Below are positions 7,119-15,498 of a DNA stretch of 30,541 nt, one piece after another. The stretch comes from a virus (Duplodnaviria > Caudoviricetes). The notes under the pieces were generated by a model, which saw nothing but the letters and a program-made list of their open reading frames with translations, did no database searches and had not been told where the DNA came from. A program made the translations under genes and the position numbers. Every line of letters starts with the position of its first letter. Position 1 is the first letter of the stretch. Location: positions 1-30,541 of the IMG/VR virus record IMGVR_UViG_3300049982_000071. One strand, written 5' to 3'.

Positions 7119-10117
7119 CCTCACTCGCGGAAGTCTGGGTAACAGTCAAGCCGGACATGGACAAGTTCGGTCCCGAGGTGAAGAAGAAGCTCACCGCGAT
7201 CGATACCCGCAAGGAAGGCTCCAGGGTCGCCGGCCGGTTCGGGGTCGGGTTCAACGGCGCCTTCGGCGGGATCGTGAAGCATTCGGCGGGGCTGTTCGTC
7301 GGGGCTTTCGCCGCGATCAAGGGCGTGCAGTTCCTGGCCGGGTTCATCAACGACGCGCGCGAGTCGGCGAAGGTCGGGCGGATCAGCGCTGCGGTGATCA
7401 AGTCCACCGGCGGGGTGGCGGGCATCACCGCCGCGCAGCTCGGGGATCTCGCGACCGCGATCTCCAACAAGACCGGCGCCGACGACGAGGCGATCCAGTC
7501 CGGGGAGAACCTGCTGGCCACGTTCACGAACGTCAGGAACGAGACCGGCAAGGGCAACGACGTCTTCAATCGCGCCACACAGGCAGCGGTCGACATGGCT
7601 GCGGCGATGAACGGTGGTGTGGTCGACGCGAACGGTTTGAAGGCCGCGAACATCCAGCTGGGCAAGGCTCTCAATGACCCGGTGAAGGGTGTCACCGCAC
7701 TGTCGAAGGTCGGTGTGTCGTTCACCCAGCAGCAGAAGGACCAGATCAAGACCCTGGTCGATTCCGGGAAGACGCTCGAGGCACAGAAGATCATCCTCGG
7801 CGAGGTCGGCAAGGAGTTCGGCGGCGCTGCTGCGGCGGCTTCTGATCCGCTGACCCGGCTGAAGACGATCGTCGGGAACCTGACCGAGCAGTTCGGCGGC
7901 TACCTGCTGCCCGTGGTGGACAAGTTCGCCACGTTCGCAGGCGACACCGTGGTGCCGAAGGTGTCTGCGTTCGCCGACGTGTTCGCGGCGAAGGTGCTCC
8001 CGAAGCTCAAGGAGTTCGGCGGCTTCATCCAAGCCGAGGTCATTCCCCGGCTCGTCCAGTTCGCCGGGTTCTTCAAGGACCAGATCCTTCCCCGCTTGCT
8101 CGACTTCGCCGGGTTCATCACCGGAAAGGTAGTCCCGGCAGTGGCCGGACTCGTGGGGAACCTGATCACGACTTTCACACCGGCGGTGAAGGACGTCTTC
8201 GGGTTCTTCAAGGCCGAAGTCCTGCCACGGCTGAAGGACTTCGCCGGCTTCCTCGGAACGTCGGTCCTGCCGAAGGTCGCCGCCATGGCCACCGCGCTGT
8301 CGAAGAACAAGGATTTCCTCGTCCCGTTCGTCGCCACGATCGTCACTCTGATCGCTGGCCTGAAAGCGTGGGCCATCGTCCAGGCAATTCTGAACGCGGA
8401 GTTGTTCGCGAACCCGATCGGCCTGGTCGTTCTGGCGATCGCCGGATTGGTTGCCGGACTCATCTACGCCTACAAGCACAGCGAGAAGTTCCGCGACATC
8501 TTGCAGGGTGCGTTCCACGGGATTCAGGCCGCGGCGCAGGCGTTCGCGCCACTGGTGAAGGCCGCGATCGACATCGTCATCGGTGTCTTCTCGCTGTGGT
8601 GGAACTACTACGCGAAGCCGATCCTCACCTTGTTCAGGAACATGCTGGAAGTGGTGTGGAAGGCGGCGCAGAAGTTCGGCCAGATCGTCGCCGCCGGGTT
8701 CAATGCGATCAAGGAACCGGCTGCTGCCGCGATCAAGTTCGTGGTCGGGAAGTTCCTGGACTTCGTGGGGACGATGCTCGACGCTGCGGCGAAGGCGTTC
8801 GGCTGGGTTCCGGGATTGGGGCCGAAGCTGAAGGCCGCGGCGAAGGAGTTCGGGAAGTTCCGCGACAACGTGAACGCTGCCCTGAATGGTGTGAAGGACC
8901 AGACGATCACGGTCACGGCGAAGCTGAATGCCGCGAACGTCAACAACAAGAACGCCACCGACCGCCGGCTTCCACCTGCCGGGTTCGCGGACGGCGGCGG
9001 GGTGTTCGGCGGCGAACGCGGCAAGGACTCCGTCCCGGCGTTGCTGATGCCGGACGAGCACGTGTGGACCACCAGGGAAGTTGCTGCTGCCGGTGGTCAC
9101 ACGGCGATGAAGAAGCTGCGGCGCGCTGCACTGGCCGGCGAACTGAACGGGTACGCCGCAGGTGGAGCAGTTCAGGTCGGGGTCAAGCCACGCACTGCGA
9201 ACGTCGACAGGTTCGCCAAGGATGTTGCGGCCCGCTCCATCGATCTGGTCCGTCCGCAGGCGCAGGCCCTGGCGAACCAGATGTTCGACGTACCGGGAGG
9301 ACCTCCAGGGTCGCGGCGGTCGTTCCGTGGGGTCACGCTGAACCAGCGGACCATCAGCATGCTGCTCAACGCAGAGCGGATCCTCGGTGCGGTCTTCCAC
9401 ATCACGCAGGGGTCGTACTCGACGCGGGTTGCTGCGTCCGGTTCCACCCATGCGGGTGGTGGCGCGATGGACACTGACGGTCCGCGCGGATGGAACACTG
9501 CTGTGCGGGCTTTGCGGGCTGCCGGGTTCGCGGCCTGGCATCGCACCCCTTCGCAAGGTCCGTGGCACGACCACATCCATTCGATCGCCCTCGGGGACAC
9601 CAGCGCGTCACCTGCAGCGAAGGCGCAGATGGCGTCTTTCCGCCGCGGAGGCGACGGTCTGGGGCACGGCATGGCGGCTGGCGGAAAGGTCGGCTCGTAC
9701 GCCGAAGGTGCCTGGAAGATCCTCACCGATCACCTGGCGATGGTGCACAAGGACGAGATGGTTGTCCCGGCTGTGAGTGCAGGCTTCCTGCGCAAGTTGT
9801 TGCCAAACCTCAACAACAGCCGGGTCCGTTCGAAGCTGCACCAGCTCCACGCAGACCACCAGGCACATCTCGCGCACGTGTCACATCTGAACCACGTGAA
9901 CGACATCGACCGCTTCACCCGGTCGAGCCTGGGGACGGTGGGTGCGGACATGACCGACAACGGCGTCACCGGAACCGTGAGGCTGCACCCGGACACGGTC
10001 CGGGAAGTCGCGCGGGCGTTGGCCGGCGAGATCTCTGACAATCCGCCGCAGGTCTACCTGGATAACCGCCGCCTCGATTCGGCGCTGTCTCGTTCAGCTA
10101 TCGGCAGGGGGTTCTAA
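7115..10117 (+). CDS. Tape measure protein with C-terminal M15-like Zn-peptidase domain
   Basis: 1000 aa, Ala/Gly-rich. QLGKALNDP, NPIGLVVLAIAGLVAGLIYAYK, FADGG...DSVPALLMPDEHV. THAGGGAMD...HIH metal motif. Confidence 0.95.
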   Translation: MTSLAEVWVTVKPDMDKFGPEVKKKLTAIDTRKEGSRVAGRFGVGFNGAFGGIVKHSAGLFVGAFAAIKGVQFLAGFINDARESAKVGRISAAVIKSTGGVAGITAAQLGDLATAISNKTGADDEAIQSGENLLATFTNVRNETGKGNDVFNRATQAAVDMAAAMNGGVVDANGLKAANIQLGKALNDPVKGVTALSKVGVSFTQQQKDQIKTLVDSGKTLEAQKIILGEVGKEFGGAAAAASDPLTRLKTIVGNLTEQFGGYLLPVVDKFATFAGDTVVPKVSAFADVFAAKVLPKLKEFGGFIQAEVIPRLVQFAGFFKDQILPRLLDFAGFITGKVVPAVAGLVGNLITTFTPAVKDVFGFFKAEVLPRLKDFAGFLGTSVLPKVAAMATALSKNKDFLVPFVATIVTLIAGLKAWAIVQAILNAELFANPIGLVVLAIAGLVAGLIYAYKHSEKFRDILQGAFHGIQAAAQAFAPLVKAAIDIVIGVFSLWWNYYAKPILTLFRNMLEVVWKAAQKFGQIVAAGFNAIKEPAAAAIKFVVGKFLDFVGTMLDAAAKAFGWVPGLGPKLKAAAKEFGKFRDNVNAALNGVKDQTITVTAKLNAANVNNKNATDRRLPPAGFADGGGVFGGERGKDSVPALLMPDEHVWTTREVAAAGGHTAMKKLRRAALAGELNGYAAGGAVQVGVKPRTANVDRFAKDVAARSIDLVRPQAQALANQMFDVPGGPPGSRRSFRGVTLNQRTISMLLNAERILGAVFHITQGSYSTRVAASGSTHAGGGAMDTDGPRGWNTAVRALRAAGFAAWHRTPSQGPWHDHIHSIALGDTSASPAAKAQMASFRRGGDGLGHGMAAGGKVGSYAEGAWKILTDHLAMVHKDEMVVPAVSAGFLRKLLPNLNNSRVRSKLHQLHADHQAHLAHVSHLNHVNDIDRFTRSSLGTVGADMTDNGVTGTVRLHPDTVREVARALAGEISDNPPQVYLDNRRLDSALSRSAIGRGF
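7889..8293 (+). repeat. Nine 15-aa amphipathic repeats in the tape measure
   Basis: FIQAEVIPRLVQFAG / FFKDQILPRLLDFAG / FFKAEVLPRLKDFAG and so on, with Pro every 15 residues. Confidence 0.85.
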
Positions 10118-11536
10118 GTGGCGACCTGGCAGTTCGTGACGGACTTCCTCACCTCCACCCCCACCGTGAGCCTGGACCTGAACAGCTTCGCTTCGGGGCT
10201 ACAGGTGACTGACGGGTACAACCTGGATCCGCCGAAGTACGAGAAGGGGTATGCGGCCAGCACTCTGCGGCACGGCAGTGTCCCTGTGCGTTCGGTGGCG
10301 CCGAACCGGACCTTGGTCATCCCGATCCAGGTCAACAAGGCGGACCGGGATGCGGCGGCGACCGCGATCGAGCTGCTCGGTCAGCAGATCGCGGTCGACA
10401 ACTTCCTCAAGGTCCAGTTCGGTTCCACGCCCGTGTTCTTTCGGACGTTCGCGGACCCTGACTATGCCTGGGAGGTCAAGAAGACCCTGACTCACGAGTC
10501 TCGGATCGTGCTGTCGCTGGAGGCCGAACCGTTCGCCTACGGCCCCCGGGTCACGGTCACGGGTTCACCGTTCACTGTGTCGAACAACCCGGCGAACGCC
10601 ACGAACCCGTGCAGGTTCGACGTCACCGGCGTCCTGGGTGATGTGCCAACCCCGCTGTTCATGCTGTTCACCTCGACGGGCGGTACGGGCGCGCCTTCTG
10701 GTGTGACGAGCAAGTGGAGCCACATCGCGACCCGCCGCAGGGGCACGCCAGGCAACTACTCGAACGTCATCCAGGGCGAGAACATGACCCAGGGTTTGAA
10801 TGCCACGGTCACCGCTGACGCCACCATGTCCGGTGGGTCGAAGTCGCGGATCTCGTTCGGTACCACGATCAACTCGCTGCGGCTCAGTGACACGTTCCCG
10901 GAGAACGGGACGGCGACGCTCGAGGCCCGCGGTGAGTACCAGGTCTACGGGCACTTCTCGAAGACTGTTGCGGGTGACGTCATCACCGTCCAGCTGGGCT
11001 ATGGCGCATCCTCGACAGCGCCGGTGCTGAACGACACGGTGACTCTTCCTGCGGTGACGGGTCCGTTCACGACGCTGCTGGGGAAGGTCCCGGTTCCGCC
11101 GTGGTCGGACCCTGTGAGCCACGGTTACGCGGGCGGCGCACAGTTGAAGGTGCTGCTGGCGTTCGTGGGTCTGTATGCAGCGCGCGTCTCCGGGAGCGGT
11201 TCGCTGGACGTGGACTACCTGTACTTCGTGCCTGCCGATGACCGGACTCTGATTGTCCGGTGGCCGTCGACGGACACGACGTACGCGATCGACGGCACCA
11301 CCTCCGAGGGTGGGTCGGTGTATGCGCTGAACACGAGCGTGGACACGATCCAGACGATCGCTTCGCCGGCTGCGATCACGGGTGGGGGCGGGTTCCCGGA
11401 GTTGACTCCGGGGGCAACGAACCGGATCCATTTCCTGCGCAACGTGGACCCGACCGGTGTGACGGATCCGGTGACGGACACGACCACGATCCAGGCCTAC
11501 TACTGGCCGCGCTGGCGTGAAGCTGTCCGACCGTAG
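10118..11536 (+). CDS. Minor tail protein, distal tail (Dit)-like, probably with an inserted carbohydrate-binding domain
   Basis: Immediately after the tape measure. NRTLVIPI, LEAEPFAYG, GDVPTP, C-terminal LTPGATN...YWPRW. The middle region QGENM...ADATMSGG...GEYQVY...DVDYLYF is CBM-like. Confidence 0.75.
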   Translation: MATWQFVTDFLTSTPTVSLDLNSFASGLQVTDGYNLDPPKYEKGYAASTLRHGSVPVRSVAPNRTLVIPIQVNKADRDAAATAIELLGQQIAVDNFLKVQFGSTPVFFRTFADPDYAWEVKKTLTHESRIVLSLEAEPFAYGPRVTVTGSPFTVSNNPANATNPCRFDVTGVLGDVPTPLFMLFTSTGGTGAPSGVTSKWSHIATRRRGTPGNYSNVIQGENMTQGLNATVTADATMSGGSKSRISFGTTINSLRLSDTFPENGTATLEARGEYQVYGHFSKTVAGDVITVQLGYGASSTAPVLNDTVTLPAVTGPFTTLLGKVPVPPWSDPVSHGYAGGAQLKVLLAFVGLYAARVSGSGSLDVDYLYFVPADDRTLIVRWPSTDTTYAIDGTTSEGGSVYALNTSVDTIQTIASPAAITGGGGFPELTPGATNRIHFLRNVDPTGVTDPVTDTTTIQAYYWPRWREAVRP

Positions 11537-11545
11537 GCGTACTCT
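11524..11545 (+). promoter_or_regulatory. PafBC/RecA-NDp-like promoter for the moron
   Basis: TGTCCG-N10-TACTCT versus consensus TGTCGG-N10-TANNNT. Confidence 0.5.
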
Positions 11546-11555
11546 GAACGTAAGT

Positions 11556-11608
11556 GTCCCGGCACGGTGGTAGCCGCCCGGGACTGACCGACCTACCGAG
11601 AGGCCGAT
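11556..11608 (+). promoter_or_regulatory. Two-hairpin 5' leader, second hairpin masking the RBS
   Basis: Stem GTCCCGG/CCGGGAC, then CTGAC, then CGACCT-ACCGAG-AGGCCG. Same design as 16349-16406. Confidence 0.6.
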
Positions 11609-11836
11609 ATGACAAACGATAGCAACGATGAATCCAACGCCCGCGCGAAGGCTGCCCTCCAAGCGGCGGGTTACCGCGCCTGGCACCGTCCCGTCCCACC
11701 TGATGCATCATGGACCCGCCACGTCCATGACATCAACGACCCCGAGACTCGCGAGGCGCTCCGGGACTGGCTACGGTGCACCTGTCGCGAGACTCTGGAC
11801 CCGGAGTGCCTGAAGCATGGCGAGGCTAAGTCATGA
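11609..11836 (+). CDS. Moron ORF1 (75 aa): fragment resembling the tape-measure peptidase C-half plus a CxC..CxxH motif
   Basis: RBS GAGAGG. ALQAAGYRAWHR...WTRHVH and CTCRETLDPECLKHG. Confidence 0.7.
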   Translation: MTNDSNDESNARAKAALQAAGYRAWHRPVPPDASWTRHVHDINDPETREALRDWLRCTCRETLDPECLKHGEAKS

Positions 11837-12174
11837 GCGCCAAGACTCTAGCGTCACCTGACAGGTACTACATCCCTGACGATGGCGGTCATGTCTACGA
11901 CCGCTGGGGTGGATACCACATCGCCCGAGATCTCTGGGAACGGCGGACGTCCGAAGGCAGAGTCGACTGGGCGAACCACGACTTCCAGCTACGCGAGTTC
12001 GTCATAGAGGACGGGATCCCTGCGCAGTGGCGTCGCCGCCGAGCGGTGTGCTTGCGCTGCGGTGAGAAGCGGATGGTCGGTGGATCGATCAGGCCTGGCG
12101 ACCGGACGCTGAATGCCGAGTGGTGTGTGCGGCCCACTCTCTGGCAGCGGCTGAAGGATGTGCTCAAGCCGTGA
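11833..12174 (+). CDS. Moron ORF2, hypothetical with CxxC
   Basis: ATGA and GTGA overlaps on both sides. H...CLRC...C. Confidence 0.7.
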   Translation: MSAKTLASPDRYYIPDDGGHVYDRWGGYHIARDLWERRTSEGRVDWANHDFQLREFVIEDGIPAQWRRRRAVCLRCGEKRMVGGSIRPGDRTLNAEWCVRPTLWQRLKDVLKP

Positions 12175-12353
12175 GCGAGTTCGCGCCGCCGCCGTTGCGA
12201 CCAGACCAGTCACTCTTCTGGGTGATGGCGATCAGGAATGGCCAGCTCTACGCCGCGCCCCTGGGTACCCCGTACGACCTGGATGTGTCCGAGGCGTGGA
12301 TCCGCGTGAACTCGACCGATGACCTGCGCGGATTCTTCGGGGCGGGAGCATGA
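12171..12353 (+). CDS. Moron ORF3 (60 aa), resembles a tail-tube N-terminal motif
   Basis: GTG at 12171 overlaps the upstream TGA. GQLYAAPLGTP...EAWI. Confidence 0.65.
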   Translation: MSEFAPPPLRPDQSLFWVMAIRNGQLYAAPLGTPYDLDVSEAWIRVNSTDDLRGFFGAGA

Positions 12354-12667
12354 GCGATGCAGACGTACGCCGTGAATTCCTGTGGGCCAGGTACGGCAAG
12401 CCTGAGAGGGCAGACGCAGCGACCGCACTGGAGACCCTTGGTGTCACCGACGTCAGGCCTGAGGATGTAGCGGCGTTCCTCTACCGCGACCGGGAATCCG
12501 CCGACGCATACGCCGCGGCTAATCTGGAAAATCAAGGCCTCACGGTCCTCGGCACCTACGAGGTTGGCAGCGGTGTCATCGGAGTCCTGGACCTGCGGCC
12601 TGAGATCGCCAGACTTGAAGATCATCTGCATCAGACCCGGGCGCGCGACCCGCACGACGGCGCATAA
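12350..12667 (+). CDS. Moron ORF4, hypothetical (105 aa)
   Basis: ATGA overlap with the upstream gene, RBS GGGAG. Confidence 0.7.
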   Translation: MSDADVRREFLWARYGKPERADAATALETLGVTDVRPEDVAAFLYRDRESADAYAAANLENQGLTVLGTYEVGSGVIGVLDLRPEIARLEDHLHQTRARDPHDGA

Positions 12668-12687
12668 CTCAACACTAGAAACCTACT

Positions 12688-12724
12688 CGAAAGCCCTGGC
12701 CTTACCGCCGGGGCTTTCGCATGT
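12688..12724 (+). terminator. Terminator-like hairpin closing the moron
   Basis: CGAAAGCCCTGGC-CTTACC-GCCGGGGCTTTCG, 13-bp stem with one G-U pair. Confidence 0.65.
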
Positions 12725-12730
12725 CTGGGG

Positions 12731-14398
12731 GTGCCGATGACCGCGCTCAACGTCAGCACCGTCCCCCTCGCCGTCCGCGTCTCGAACGCGCGCGTGGATC
12801 AGATGCTCACCGGCTACCTGCACGGCGACCTGCACTTCACCCAGACCGACCCTGGCGGCTACCGGGCCGCGTCTTTCGTGGTGTCGCAGAAGCTCGGGTT
12901 CCGCACCGACATGATCCAGCCGTACAGCCGGATCTACATCTACAACCAGCGCAACGGCGACACCGTCTTCGAAGGCGACGTCTCCCACCCCGGCAGAAGC
13001 GTCAGCGACGACGGAGCACTGCTCGAGGTCCAGGTCGAGGGCGGCGTCGAACGGCTCAACGACTGGTCCGGTCAGCGGATCTTCATTGACCGCGACATGA
13101 CCGCCTGGACCCTGTCGAACCAGTCCACCAGAGGCGCACTGAGTGCTACCGGAGATGATCTCGGCGGGTCAGGCACCGATTCGTTGACGCTGTCGTTCCC
13201 GAACAGCTTCCACGTCGAGCCCAACTACCGCAGCGAAGTCATCTATAACCGGATCCGGGAAGCCGGTCAGGAACTCGGCCGCATCAACTTCTCCGGCGAC
13301 TTCGGCCTCACCCACGCGAGCTGGCTCGCCCGACTGCTTGTGTCCCCACCCTCAACAGTGTCCCGCGCTGTCGCCGCCAACCTGGGAGGCTTCGGAGGTT
13401 CCGGTGCCGTCGTTGGTGGTGGTATCCCGACCGGCGCGAACGTGGCGTTCCTGCAGTTCATCTGGACCGGCATCGCGTCGAACACCGGCACCGCCGACAC
13501 TGTGTGGGCGTCGCTGTTCGACCCGGTCGTAGTCGTTCGGCTGCACCTGAAGGATGGCTCGTTCAGGACCACCGGTTATGTCGATTGGCTCACTGCCGAC
13601 CAGGTGTGGGAGGACATGCTCGGCGACGTCCTCGCGAGCACGTTCGACGGCTCCAACGCGTCCCTCGATCTGGGCACCGGCTACAACATCACCCAGCTCG
13701 CCTACCCGGACGGCACCACCGCCATGCAGGTAGCCGACGAGCTGATGAAGTTCGAACCCGGCTGCACCTATCTGGTCGGTGCCAGTAACCCGATCAACAA
13801 CAAGTACTCGCTGACATGGATGGCACGCTCGGACGTTCCCCGGTACGAGTTCTCCACATGGTCCGACGAGTACGACGGCGGCGCACAATCCGTCGACCAG
13901 TACAACGAGGCCGTCACCCGGTGGCGTGCACCGACCGGTGAGGTCAGGTCCACCGTCACCACCCAGTCAGTTCCGGAGATGGCCGCGGCAGGCAGGACCA
14001 GACGGTTCTACCAGGACCTCACCGACACAGTCTCGAGCGACGCGAACGCGACCCAGGCGAACGCGACCGTGCTGAACGATCACCGGTTTCCGCTGAACGG
14101 CGGACAGGTCACTGTGTCCCGCCCTGTCGTGGACTTGTGGACGGGCCGCACGGTGCAGCCGTTCGAGATCCAGCCCGGCTACATCGCCCGCATCGTCGGC
14201 GTGAACCCGTCCAGGGACGCACTCAACAACTCGCCCCGCAACGGCTCGAGCCTGTGCCGCATCGTCACCACCGACTACAGCGCCGGCTCGCATTCGGCGT
14301 CGATCGCTCTCGACTCGGTGCCGTACTCGATGGCCCGCGCGATCAGGAACGCCAAGGTCAAGCCGCTCCCGCGATACCTGCGGAACCCATTCCTGTAA
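12731..14398 (+). CDS. Minor tail protein (tail tip/hub-like); start may be ATG 12737
   Basis: 555 aa. FTQTDPGGYRAASF...TVFEGDV...VEGGVERLND pattern of actinophage post-Dit tail proteins. Confidence 0.8.
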   Translation: MPMTALNVSTVPLAVRVSNARVDQMLTGYLHGDLHFTQTDPGGYRAASFVVSQKLGFRTDMIQPYSRIYIYNQRNGDTVFEGDVSHPGRSVSDDGALLEVQVEGGVERLNDWSGQRIFIDRDMTAWTLSNQSTRGALSATGDDLGGSGTDSLTLSFPNSFHVEPNYRSEVIYNRIREAGQELGRINFSGDFGLTHASWLARLLVSPPSTVSRAVAANLGGFGGSGAVVGGGIPTGANVAFLQFIWTGIASNTGTADTVWASLFDPVVVVRLHLKDGSFRTTGYVDWLTADQVWEDMLGDVLASTFDGSNASLDLGTGYNITQLAYPDGTTAMQVADELMKFEPGCTYLVGASNPINNKYSLTWMARSDVPRYEFSTWSDEYDGGAQSVDQYNEAVTRWRAPTGEVRSTVTTQSVPEMAAAGRTRRFYQDLTDTVSSDANATQANATVLNDHRFPLNGGQVTVSRPVVDLWTGRTVQPFEIQPGYIARIVGVNPSRDALNNSPRNGSSLCRIVTTDYSAGSHSASIALDSVPYSMARAIRNAKVKPLPRYLRNPFL

Positions 14399-14421
14399 GG
14401 ACAATAATGAACGGGGACACC

Positions 14422-15282
14422 ATGGGACGCGTCTTTTTTTATGCACCTCATCCCGACGACGAGACGCTCTCTGCAGGTCTGGCACTGATCTACTACATCG
14501 CAGCCGGGTTTGATGTGCACCTGGTCTCCATGACGCTCGGAGACGCGCTCGGTGTGGCGAACACCCTCAACGGCGCGGCCAACGGAACCCCGCTGGTCTG
14601 CTCCACACCGAGCGATCACCCCTACATCCATAACCCAGTCCGGGAAGGGTACGCGCCGCTCACCGTTGAGGACATCGGTGTGGCCCGTACAGCTGAGGCA
14701 AGGTCGGCTCTGGGTGCGATGGCGATGATCCCACCCAACACGGGAGTCACCCCGGGCCAGGTGTTCCACCACGTAGTGGGTCTGCACGACGGCTTCGGCG
14801 CACCTGGGCAGGGTTCGTCCACGGCGCCGGTGACCCGTGAGGGGATCGACGCGGCGAAGGCGGCGATGCTGCCGTTCATCCAGGACTACCCGAACAGCTT
14901 CCACTACACGATGTCGCCCGCGGACCACCACCACGACCACGCGGCCTGCGGGATCGCGCTACGGGAGATCAAGGCAGAGAACCCGACCCTGCTCGGCGCA
15001 CCGCGGTTCTTCGTGTCCAGGCTGTACTGGGCGAGCTCGCAGCCTGACGGCCACTACCAGCAGGACCTGCTGGACGAAGCTGCAGGGACTCTTGCCTGGT
15101 TCAACTACGCCGGCGCGAACTACGACCGGTACGTGGCGTGGCTGAAGAACCAGGTCCAGAAGGCGTACCGCCACTGGAACCCTGCAGCCGGCGCGTACGG
15201 GATCGGCTACCACCAGGTGACCTCGCAGTTCGCGTCCAACCTGGGACCGTCTGTCGTCGTCGGGAATCTCTGGCACGGCTGA
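14422..15282 (+). CDS. PIG-L/LmbE-family Zn-dependent N-deacetylase
   Basis: VFFYAPHPDDETLSAG (PHPDDE), VSMTLGD, RTAEARSALGAM, DHHHDH (HxDH). RBS GGGGA before ATG 14422; alternative ATG 14407. Confidence 0.9.
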   Translation: MGRVFFYAPHPDDETLSAGLALIYYIAAGFDVHLVSMTLGDALGVANTLNGAANGTPLVCSTPSDHPYIHNPVREGYAPLTVEDIGVARTAEARSALGAMAMIPPNTGVTPGQVFHHVVGLHDGFGAPGQGSSTAPVTREGIDAAKAAMLPFIQDYPNSFHYTMSPADHHHDHAACGIALREIKAENPTLLGAPRFFVSRLYWASSQPDGHYQQDLLDEAAGTLAWFNYAGANYDRYVAWLKNQVQKAYRHWNPAAGAYGIGYHQVTSQFASNLGPSVVVGNLWHG

Positions 15283-15294
15283 AGGAGGTGTCTG

Positions 15295-15498
15295 GTGGAC
15301 TCGCCCCGGCCCACCCGCAAGCAACTCGAATCCCGGATCGTAGACCTCGAGCGGCACATCGAAGCGCTCGACGTCGACCATGAGAACCGGATCGCGGCCA
15401 TCGAGGCGGCGTGCCGTGCGTTCGCTGTCGTGTTCGCTCTGCCGCGCATCACTCCTGGGGAAGGTAGTTCCGATGCCGAAACTGCGCCGCTTGACTGA
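15295..15498 (+). CDS. Coiled-coil hypothetical protein (67 aa)
   Basis: RBS AAGGAGGT. Heptads LESRIVDLERHIEAL...HENRIAAIE. Confidence 0.65.
   Translation: MDSPRPTRKQLESRIVDLERHIEALDVDHENRIAAIEAACRAFAVVFALPRITPGEGSSDAETAPLD

Noticed and set aside
9509-11734. Diversity-generating retroelement TR/VR pair (tape measure versus moron ORF1)
   Set aside because: The similarity is at protein level, differences are not adenine-specific, and no reverse transcriptase is in the window.
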